Assembly (NCBI GenBank): GCA_002633005.1
Contig: NMRA01000120.1
Location: 377,056-441,055 of the forward strand
Direction of reading: 5' to 3'
Source of the DNA: Phoronis australis
Lineage: Eukaryota > Animalia > Phoronida
Length of the DNA: 64,000 nt
Part shown: positions 53,883 through 64,000 of the stretch, one piece after another
Position numbering within the stretch: the first letter of the stretch is position 1
Layout: each line of letters starts with the position of its first letter
Program-made: the position numbers and the translations under genes
Notes under the pieces: generated by a model
Seen by the model: only the letters and a program-made list of their open reading frames with translations
Database searches by the model: none
What the model was told of the DNA's origin: nothing

Positions 53883-56800
53883 ACAAGTGTGCATGGGATA
53901 AAATTGGCACCAATTTTGAACAGAAATCACCAAAATTACCCTTTTTTCGTTTAACGTAGTTGTGAATGCCCATTTTTTTTCAAAAAGGTTTCTGATGGTA
54001 GCTGTGGTATTGAACTTGAATGCGATAAAGCATTAATTTGATGCTACATTAAGTTTCATGAAAAAATGAGAAAATTAAATTTTATCCGTCATATTGTTTT
54101 CCAAATTGATGAGAATTTACTGTACTGACCTCATGAGGTTGTGTTTAGGCCCACGTGTCTGATCACGAAACTGTGCCTTAATCCGAAATTAGAAACGCCG
54201 CTTATTTATGAAACACTTAAGTAAATTAATTAAGAGAAAATTTTTGAATAGCATGTAAACGAAGCTTGAGTAATATTCGATAAAAAATGGTTGGTGTTGA
54301 CTTAATATTCAACTTAAGCTTATATTTGAATGAAAAGTACTAAAATTGGACAAAGACACCAAGTTCACCTGATACAGGCTATGCACAGCGCAGGACAAAG
54401 GTAATCAGACAACGTACTGTTTCCTCTGTTATTACAACTAATTGTGTTTACTTCGAAAATGACTGGTAATGAATGGTATGACAAAATTCAAATTACACAA
54501 TAGCTTGGCCATCTTTCCAACTCTGCTGTTAACTCCCTTTCATTCACAGTCGTGAGGGAAAGCTGTTCTGACGAGAATTCTGCGTTATTTTGTCTGAATA
54601 CTTTTGGCGTGTACAATATAAGGAGTAGCCATCTACATATATAACTGAAGCATGTGCATTTATGTAAAAATGAAGAAATACATTATTTCGGAAACAGGTG
54701 TAGTGAGCCTAAATATGAGCCTACACATTAGAACTTGTACAAAATTCATATTGCCTATTGTGCATCAAATCTTATTCTTCTGTGAATGATATCCTTCACT
54801 GCACTAAACAGTAGCTTCAAATTGCCCATAACCCTACTAAATCGGGGATTTTTGTGTATTGTCAGTGTAAAGAATGGGACAGAAAATTTTGAGAGTATCA
54901 AGTGGCACGGAATTTGCTGTTTCCATTGTATTTAATTTGAAAACAAGGGAAATTCAGTTAAATATCACCAAATTCAGACAAAAATAATTTCTAAAATTGA
55001 TTTGTTTACAGTCTTCAGTGCTCCTAACATTGTGAATTCCTGTGGCGGATTTTAGCTATGGCGTTGAAGTTTATCATTTTGACAAGTGGAAAAAACCCCA
55101 AATTTCCTTCTGTCTGCCATATTGTGGAAGATCTTACTGTACCATAAATTTCTTCTAAACATCTCTTAATGAAGAATGTGTAAATGTCTTGCTTTTAGAA
55201 TGTCTTCAGTTCGTATGTTGAAATGTTGCACTATACATTTTCGCAATAAAATTCCACATAAACAGACTGCTACTATTTTTGACACTTTTAACTTTAACCA
55301 ATTTCTTAATTACAATAAAGACGTTTATATCAAAACCATGAGTGTGATAAATTTTTAGTAGTATCCCACCATTGGAGACTGGGAAAGTTATGCCAGACTA
55401 GTGAAATCATATTTGCTCAGTTTTCCGAGAAAGATATGTGATAGGAAATTGGAAATTATCACTTTCTGCGTGTTCAAGCTTTGAATGTAATTTAAAAGTG
55501 GTAATTGTCGCCCCATTAGTATGGAGTTCTATCTATATGGACTGATACCCAGTTGTTATTGTTTGGTTCATTGGTTACCTTACCTGGATACAAATCTCAT
55601 ATTTATTATTAACATTGCGTTATTTCAATCCTAAATATATGTTTGTTATGAACTGACCATTGTTGTTCACCGTCAAAATGCTCGAGATGCTCGTAACTGA
55701 TGTCCAGCACCTGCATCCTTGGTAACAGCATGTGGTCAGTTCTAGCTGTTCAGTCTCAGACATAAGACCAATTACCTGAGGAGCTTGCAAGCCTGTAGTA
55801 GCTGTCCACAAACCCCTTGGATAATTTGTTTTTGCAGGCCTGTTGAGGAGGTGGGTGTTGAATTTCTTGACGTAACTGGTGTCCTGACTAAAATAGCCAT
55901 AACTGGCTCTTCTGGTGTTTTTTGCATGGTGGTCTACTAAATCTACCCCTCTTCAGGCATTTTCATGTTTCTACCTGGTTTGAAGGAAGGTCACCTTGTT
56001 TGAAGGAAAGTCTTTTGTCATATTTTGTCACTTATTGCTTATGGTGTTGCTTTCTACCAGTGAATTTGTTCCATGTTTTTAGTTGTGCCTATTTAACATA
56101 GTAAAATCTTATCAATGAATTTGTCCAACAAATGTAGTTAGGCCTCGATAATTACCTTGACGAGCGTAAAGCAGGTGTGGTGGAGGTCCCCTGAATGCAT
56201 ACAATAACTGTACAACAGATTTGTTCTGATGTGTTCCTGGTAATATTTCAGGGAACCTTTTATCACTATGGAGTACCAGAGTCATGGAGAAAGTCCCTGG
56301 GCGAAATAAAGTGTCATACACGAAGATATATTGATTGAGCCCTAATCTTTGAACCTAGTTGTAAATTACAGCAAAATCTTGCAAATTTAGGACCCAGTGT
56401 GAAAGACCAAAGAAATTCTTTTTTTCTTTCATTTTTCCATGAAGATGAGTGGAACCAAAGAAATACTTAGTCATTGTTAAAACACCACCATAATAACATG
56501 TAGTTGTTGATCCATTTGGCATAGTTCGTTGTATTCAAATTAAATGTGGTCTGCTGGACAATAGTCCTAGAACCTCGGGGATATTACGCCTCGATCCTTC
56601 TAAGGGAAGATGGTACTGAAGATTTTCGGGAACCGTCGTCTCTATGCTTTCTCACAAGATCTCATCATGTAAATTCTCATCTCAAGCAGCACCATCTTTT
56701 TTTTTGAAAGAGACAATGCCTCAAGGTTTTAGGAGATTAACTTTGTGAGTATTGTCGAGCAGACCAGATTTAATTCGAATACAACTTAGTACCATAGTTA

Positions 56801-57398
56801 ACAACAGACAATGATTTTAGAAACTGTGGACCCTCCCATCAATTTGGAAATTATTTTTGCCCCAAATTGGTGAGATTTCACCATACTGGGCTTGGCATTA
56901 AAACTGTCCGCTCATTATTGCTTGAGAAAAGGTTGTACATGCTGACTTGTCACAGTGTGTCATTTTATTGGCCGATAGCGGTCTCAAGGAATGACGTATC
57001 ATCAGTTCTTTGCAAGACCAAAAAAAATCACGTCTTATCGGAGTAATGAACCAGTCAAGACTAATTTTATAGCGATGGTCTAAATCAGAAGTTAGGAGAC
57101 TTTGTTTTCAGGCTATTATAGTGTAAAAATATTTGTTGTGGCGGATTGAATGATGTGTCTTGTGGCATAACTCACGTTGTCACGTGTGATGTCAACCATA
57201 CCTTTAGATCTATGTTAATGTAATTCACATCAAAGTTAGTGAAGAAAGGGAAATATTTGTGATACCTGAGAAAGTAAGTAGGTTTACTTTCACTGTGACG
57301 TATATTCTAGGGCAATCGGCTGATTGTGAGGTCTATCACGTTTTTTACCTGTCAAACTGTTTCCTTGTTTGCTCTTTGTAAATCATTGACCTAGACTA

Positions 57399-58957
57399 CC
57401 GTAAGCATTCGGGTTAATGTCCAGGGCAGTTAAATTGGCAAACTCAAAAATTGGGGGGTGGGGTGGGCGTTTAACCACACATGGCGCTTAAACATGAAAT
57501 TTCAAGAAATCGTGGGTGGGTCGGTGCTTAACTGAACATGGACGCTTATTACGACAGGCAACCGTCCCCGGGCAGTTATTCTTACCTCACAATCTGAGTC
57601 GCCACACGTACTCGGAACAGGAAACAGTGCAAAGAGCTTGACCTTCACATCGCTAAATGACGGTAAAAATGTCATATCAGCGGATGATCGCAACCGACAA
57701 AGGTTCTTTTGCCTTCAGATTGGTCATTCACTACTAAATGTAAAAACTTGCGGGAGTAATACTGTACCACCATCCTGTGGTCTTGTTAGAGCTGTAGTGC
57801 GCAGACAACAAGTGACCATGTAGCGTTCCACTTGGATTGCAACTACGCGTGTATATATTAAATTTATGACTACACCTCCCCTTACTACCTTCAGTTTTCA
57901 CTCCCCTAGTCGTCAGTCTACCACGTTGTAGATATTTCAGACTCGAATGGAAAGAATATTGTTCCGGCTGAAGCTGGTCAATTTAGAAACAAAATTATTT
58001 CAGGTGGCTAAAAGACGTAGTTGGAAATGATATCCACACAGTCATGTCTAGGCGGGGTGTTGTCGCAAGAACTCGTATCATAAAGAACTGACAGCGACAT
58101 TAGTGAAACTTGCTGATGCGAGTTTGACTGAGATGCAATAAGTGAAAAACAAAATTTAACTTGCATTTTTTATTACTTCAAGAGGATACATGAACATCCT
58201 TTGAATTCCCAAACCACAAAGCAACAAATTCATCCAGTGGCAGTGAAGTCACACTGTCTTTTCAGTTGCCACACGTACTCGATAACCCGGCAATTAGAAT
58301 CAGCAAAATAAGGAGAATTTGGCACTTTTCCGTGAGTTATGGGAATTCTTCAAAATCAGGGGGCTAATCCCATCTAAAGTGATTAAGAGGTTTGGCAAAA
58401 CCACTGTGTTTTCTATGGCCTGATTTTCTTGAATATATGTTTCTTTCTAGTGCATTGCAGTCAGAAACTCAGTGCGGTAGGCAGCGTCGCTGAAAGCGGA
58501 GGTATTGAAGCCGGTGGGGTTTCTAAAGTTTGCGATCATGTAAAGAAAATAAAGTGACAAGTGTTCAAGTATTGCATTTTGAAGTAAATCTATGACCTGG
58601 GACAATAGTTTGTTACTTGTTATATTATAATTCACATTGTCAAACCACTGTCTGGGAGGCTGTGGTTGCACTCATTGTTATCATTGGTCTTTATCTAAAA
58701 CTAAGTCGGGGAATCGCGCGTTTCCTTAGCACTGGGCGCTTAATCGTCAATCTTCAAAAGTCGGGGATGGGCGCTCAACTGGGAGGTGGATGCTTAACTG
58801 AGAGGTGAACGCTTAACTGAGAGGTGGGCGCTTAACTGAAAATCTTCAAAAATCACAGAGGGGCGCTTAACCGAGAACTGGGTGCTTAAATTGCAAATCC
58901 ACCTAAAGTTGGGGATGGGCGGTTAAGTGTACCTGAGCGTTGACTCAACGTTTATGG
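57399..58957. mobile_element. Non-autonomous DNA transposon with CCGTA-type termini and TA flanks
   Basis: ta|ccgtaagcattcgggttaa ... ttgactcaacgtttatgg|ta; many sub-terminal gggcgcttaa repeats at 57460-57550 and 58735-58930. Confidence 0.65.
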
Positions 58958-59148
58958 TAACTGTCGTAAACTCATGGAAAAATCGTCTTTCTTGCTTTCA
59001 TTATCAACGAAATTTTGTTGGCCAAGGTGGAGAAAATCTTACTTTTATTCTCATTAAGTTGGTCTTGTGATAATCCTTATGGTGATAAGATTCTAGTGCC
59101 GTTCACCCACAACAAGATTGAAACCGTGATGTGACTTGAATACGTATG

Positions 59149-59666
59149 TACCATGATAGGACTCTATTTCCGTTACCAATGCGAGTCACACCACTGATAG
59201 TTTCGGTGTTCTTATTGGTAGCGGAATTCAAATTCAAATTCTTACGAACTCAAGTCACATGACTGATAGTTTAATATGCTCTTATTGGTAACGGAAATTT
59301 AATTTTATCATGGTACTTGCCTTTGCAAATACCATCACTGGTGGTTTCATGTCATTGTTGGGTTCATTGTTTTTGTTGGTAAGGGAAACTGACCCCTCTC
59401 TCGGAACTTTCATGTACTTAAGTCATGTCGCAGATGGAAATGATGTCCTTGCTGGGTTCAATGTACATAATGAAAATCTAATCATATCGCGTTTAACTTA
59501 CCCACTCGAGTCACGTCGTTGATGGCTTTGATGTCCTTGCTGGGTTTCATGTTCGTGTAAGTAACGGAAATAGAATCCTATCCTGGTAATTACTAGCTCG
59601 AGTCCCGTCACTTGTGCTATCCTTGTCCTTGTTGGTAAATAATGGAAATAGTATCCTATCATGGTA
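59149..59666. mobile_element. Inverted-ended element built from a degenerate ~70-bp tandem array
   Basis: taccatgataggactctatttcc ... ggaaatagtatcctatcatggta; internal units gagtcac...tgatagttt...ttggtaacggaaat. Confidence 0.6.
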
Positions 59667-60023
59667 AGGCGACAATGTTATGAGTGCACTGTAGAAGGCC
59701 TCAATCGATTACTGTTTTTTAGTCTGGTAAGCTAGGCAATATGGAGCTTTAAAAGATTAATAACTGTAAATAAACACTGTATCACTAGTAATGCTCATGG
59801 CATAGCTAACATCAGCAATGTGTTGAGAAACTTTGAGCACATATAACCTTGAAAAATGAAAAAAGGTCAACCGTGGCAATTGTTTTTGTGTGAAATTGGT
59901 CAGATGGTACCGTATGTTGATACATGGTATATCTTGCTAACATCATCCCTGGAGCCGAGTTTCTGAAGGCTTTTGTGCAATGTTTTGATTATAACGTGTA
60001 TTTTGTCGCTTAGGTGAGTTGAC

Positions 60024-60158
60024 ATGGAGACAGATATCGGCTTGAGCTCGTTTGAAGTCAAACAGGAAGTGAGTGACTACTCGTATGATATGTGCGCCGA
60101 TTCAGCGATGAAGTCATCCACTGACTTATTGGACAGACCAAGCTTTTCAGATGACACG
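60024..60158 (+). CDS. Probable first coding exon (N-terminal A/B region) of the NR1J-like nuclear receptor
   Basis: Acceptor ttttgtcgcttag at 60013, in-frame TGA at 60015, then gacATGG. Open frame METDIGLSSFEVKQEVSDYSYDMCADSAMKSSTDLLDRPSFSDDT. Donor ACG|GTGAGA is phase 0, matching the next exon. Confidence 0.7.
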
Positions 60159-60551
60159 GTGAGATGCTTGTGCTTAATTACAATGATTGTTTCCTAATTT
60201 ATATTAAAAGAATTTCAATGACCGACCTTATACACGTAGGGTGTATAAGATCGGTCTTGTCAAAACGTTGACAGACCAAGCTTTTCAGAGGACACAGTGA
60301 GATGCCTGTGCTTAATTACAATTATTGTTTCCTGATTTATATTAAAAGGATTTCAATGACCGACCTTATACACGTAGGGTGTATAAGATCGCTCTTGTCA
60401 AAACGTTGACAGACCAAGCTTTTCAGAGGACACGGTGAGATGCCTGTGCTTAATTACAATTATTGTTTCCTGATTTATATTAAAAGGATTTCAATGACCG
60501 ACCTTATACACGTAGGGTGTATAAGGTCGGTCTTGTCAAAACGTTGACAGA
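60132..60551. repeat. 138-bp tandem repeat x3 containing the exon 3' end, splice donor and a hairpin
   Basis: Units start with gacagac at 60132, 60270 and 60408; residual gacaga at 60546. Confidence 0.95.
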
Positions 60552-61600
60552 TCAATTTTATCACATCAACAACAGTTGGTGTGGTTTTGATACGGATATG
60601 AAAACCCTTATGATCAATTTGAAAAAAATGGTTACACATTGGAACTGATAAATCAACTACTGAGAGAGAGGTTACGTAAATCTGACAGCAATTTCCGGAT
60701 GGACAAAAAAAATTGCAAATGTTCTTTTTTGGCTACATTTTTATGGTTGCTCAGCGTTAAATTGACAAACTTGTGAAACATTATTATAGAGATCTGAGAA
60801 TTGTGTAAGTCTAAAATTATCTAGTTTGTTCCGTACTAATGGTAAAATCCCTTTTGGTATTAATTCCCGGGTAATGCATAAATTTGTTTGTGCTAGTTAT
60901 GGTTCCAGCTATATTGGTGAAATTATTCGTCATCTTGAAACCCGGGCAAAAGAACATTTAGGTACTGACAAAAATTCTCACATTAATGACAACTTTCAGA
61001 GATTCAGCCACTGTAATGGTGATTGCACGTTCAGCAAATGATTCAGTATTCTGTATTGGGCTGCGGCAATATTCCTGCCTTTCTGCCATTGGCGCATAAA
61101 AAATAAAAAGGCGCTAGTACGTTGCAGCAGTGTGCCCCTGGAGTGCATCTTTAAAAACGCAACACTCCTCTAAAAATGCGAGATTCTAGTCAACTTACAG
61201 CCAATCGCGACAGGAATTACTTGCAGTTTTCGAATGAGGAGCCCAGCAGCACAACTTTTTGAAAAAGGCACACGTTTTGTCATCAGGTGCGTCCAAAGGG
61301 CACAAGTTCAAACCTGGTCAGGAATATCCCTGAGGCTGAAACAACAAAGGGACAAAATCCAAGAGTTAATTCTCATCAGCTGGCTCAAGCCTGAACTGAA
61401 TAAGCAGCTGACACACAGCAGGCTGTCACTGGTCTTATGTCACTTTGTTACTATGATGGGTCCTAATATCTTTACTGTACACTGTGTGGGTCAACATTGC
61501 TAGATAGCCTTGATTGCTTGTCCTGAAGATGGTGCATAAGACATGGAAACAAACGTGTTGAATTTGCAAAATGATTGATGTAGTTACTTACTTGTCTTCG
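60517..61600 (+). mobile_element. 5'-truncated, decayed Penelope-like retroelement (RT C-terminus plus GIY-YIG endonuclease)
   Basis: Translations YKVGLVKTLTDQFYHINNSWCGF; VMHKFVCASYGSSYIGEIIRHLETRAKEHLGTDKNSHI; KIQELILISWLKPELNKQ; ctgaagatgg...gaaac near the 3' end. Confidence 0.8.
61064..61332. mobile_element. Small MITE inserted in the Penelope-like relic
   Basis: Interrupts the GIY-YIG reading between FSIL..A and KIQE; inverted atattcctg / caggaatat; flanks gggctg / aggctg. Confidence 0.45.
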
Positions 61601-61629
61601 TTGAGACCAACTTGTTGTAACTGTTTCAG

Positions 61630-61794
61630 AATGTCCAAGGTGACGGTCGTGAACCGCGGAGGCGTAAGAAAGTAGCAGATAAAGACAAGCTATTCTGTGT
61701 GATATGTGGTGACAAAGCAATGGGATACAATTTTGGTGCTGTCACCTGCGAGTCTTGTAAAGCCTTCTTCCGCAGAAATGCGCTCAAAACGAAG
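61630..61794 (+). CDS. Nuclear receptor DNA-binding domain exon (first C4 zinc finger), NR1J / HR96-like
   Basis: Acceptor ctgtttcag and donor AAG|[61 protein letters not shown]; the ESCKA P-box is typical of HR96/DAF-12/NHR-8. Confidence 0.93.
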
Positions 61795-61992
61795 GTTGGT
61801 AGTTGGCATAGGACACAATTTGGCAAGCAATGGGAATATTATTTTGTCAAATGGCTCGACGAAAGAAACTTTTGGAAGTGTACCTTGTTAGCGAGGTTCG
61901 GTGCTCTTCTGTTGGGCTTTTGCAGCTAGTAAATGGGAAATTTACTGTTTTAGCTATTGTTTTTGTCCTAAATTGAAAAAAATTCGCACTTG

Positions 61993-63254
61993 TTTTTATG
62001 CACCCACACATTTATATGTGGACACATTATGCTGTCATCCTAGTCCATCCATCCGTCCAGCGTCAGCTGCTCTATCTCCAAAACGTCTCCATGAAATTTT
62101 GCACGTGTGTACGTTTCGTGGATGGGACGGCATGAGCGAACTTTCAGACGGATCTGACTACTGATGTGCCACCTAGTGGCAATTTAATTTTTTTACGTTT
62201 ACCTCTGTATGTTCAAAGGTACTCAACGTATTTTCATAAAATTTGTCATACAGGCATCTGCTAATGAAGTGACGCTCGGTTTTCAGATGGATTCGACCTA
62301 GTTTGCGTCGCCTAGTGGCCATTGTTACTGTTTTTGAGTCTGTTTTTTGACATCCACTCGTCTATCAACCAAACCGCTTTCAGGATAATTGTGAAAATTT
62401 GCATGTATGTTCCTACTATGAAGTGGACGGCTGACGATGATTTTCCGATGAGTTCGACTACTGTGGCACCTCCTAGTGGCAATTTTGTTTTTTTTTGTGC
62501 TCATGGCTGTATCATGGCAGGATCTTTACTTAATTTAGCAAGTGTATATATATGATGTTGACAATGGACGACGACGATTTTCGAACGGATCTGACAGCTG
62601 GTGTTCCCCTAGTGGCAATTTTGGTTTTATACATTTGTATCTTCAAAGGTCCTCAACAGATTTTCATAAAATTTTGAATATAGGCATCTATTGGTGAGAT
62701 GACGATATAATCATGTTTTTGGATGGAATCGAGGTATTTTGCGCCACGTAGTGTCCATTTTTGCTGTTTTCAAATCTTGTTTTTGGCGTCCATCCCTTGA
62801 TCAACCAAATCATTTTAGGAATGGTTTTGAAAATAGGCGTATATGTTTTCAGTGTGAAGAGGACGTTTGATGATGGCGACTGACTACTGTTGGGCCTCCT
62901 AGTGGTAGTTTTGTTTTGCTTTGCGCCCATAGCTGTATCTCCAAAACCCACTGCAGGATCTTTATTAAATTTAGTAAGTGAATTTATATGAAAATAACAG
63001 ACGACGACTTTCAGGCGGATGGAACGGACGCTGTGCCCACAAGTGGCAATTTCATTTTGTTCTGTTTTCTTTTGTTTCTCTGAATTTCCTTGACAGATTT
63101 TTATGGAATATGGCATGTTCCCATTTTTGGATGGATTGTACGTTTTTGCGCCATCTAGTGGCCATTTTTATGATACAAATAATAAATAACCCTAACAGCA
63201 CACTGTTTGCGATGCATTCGTGGGTGCCTTTCAACACTCCACGTTGCTCTTGTT
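61993..63254 (+). mobile_element. Helentron/DINE-1-like element with an internal ~140-bp satellite array
   Basis: 5' tttttatgcacccac, (tcca/tccg)n tract, eight cctagtggc-type units, 3' gtgggtgc plus hairpin caacactccacgttg and ctcttgtt. A related fragment lies near 29800-30140. Confidence 0.7.
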
Positions 63255-64000
63255 ATTGAGGGAAGCGCTTTTATTAGAACTATTTAAAATTTACTATTTC
63301 ATGCAGTTTTGGTGTATGAAAACAACAGAATTTATTGAAACCTCGCATGGCCATCCCATCTTTGCAACTAGGTGCGAATATAATGGTCGACTTCAGTATT
63401 TTGACAGGACATTTTGTTTTGATTTTGCAGTTATGAGAATGATTCTCCGTTTCGGAAATTACACACGTTACCACTGATTTCCTAAATTTCAACTTTTGTA
63501 GTGGGTTCAGGGTGTGTATTTTGGGTGTTAAACTGAGTGTGTAAAACTTGTTTCGTCTTACACTAGGTTCACATGAGTGGTGAAAACACCAGCAAATTTT
63601 CATTCTCAAAAAAGGTATTCAGGTGGACTTGCGGTCCATGTCGGGGTAATTTTGGCCAGCAGTTATTTTGTTTTCTAAGGACCTGAACCCTCTTAAAGCA
63701 GAAATCGACATCAAAGCATGTATATTTAATAATGACTGATTAATAAGACAATGGTGAACGAAGGTCTCTTACCCTTGCACATGTTTGTTTGAAGTAGGCA
63801 GTCTGGCTACAAAAGGGTCAGTAAAAATGCCAGCACATTTGGGGTAGCTCGTACCACCAGGAAAGCTCCAGTGAAGCGACGCCTATAGGTTTCACATTGC
63901 GTGCTTTTTGTCCGATAGCGAAAAACATTAGCGTTTTAGGCAGTTTGAAGATGAAGGTTTGTATGATTGCCAAGGGGCACACTGTCTCACATCAAAAGTC

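Noticed and set aside
61699-61929. 76-aa ORF as a complete protein
   Set aside because: It is an internal exon (61630-61794) read on into the intron; the GTG start is not a real initiator.
62160-63170. CRISPR-like repeat-spacer array (also considered for 60132-60551 and 49718-49914)
   Set aside because: Inter-motif sequences are homologous to each other rather than unique spacers, there are no cas genes, and the context is eukaryotic.

Overview
Eukaryotic (animal) genomic DNA: AT-rich, repeat-dense, with two long N gaps and several single-N contig joins. The only convincing host coding sequence is the 5' part of a + strand nuclear receptor gene of the NR1J (HR96/DAF-12/NHR-8-like) group. It has a probable start-codon exon (60024-60158) and the first zinc-finger exon (61630-61794; P-box [10 protein letters not shown]); the gene continues beyond the window. 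The preceding ~59 kb is non-coding and may be one very long first intron starting at a donor at 716, after a CpG-rich segment. It is filled with non-autonomous DNA transposons/MITEs, Helentron-like elements, a tRNA-derived SINE, minisatellites and three near-identical duplications that look like uncollapsed haplotypes. Highlights: (1) an AG|GTGAGT recursive-splice-like acceptor on the start-codon exon; (2) a triplicated exon donor fused to the hairpin-capped 5' end of a Penelope-like relic; (3) a TA-flanked transposon family carrying a decayed HIRAN-like ORF; (4) an AATT-targeting element seen with both filled and empty sites; (5) a higher-order array of CTCF-like motifs. All calls were made by eye, family assignments need database confirmation, and no complete novel multi-gene system is evident.
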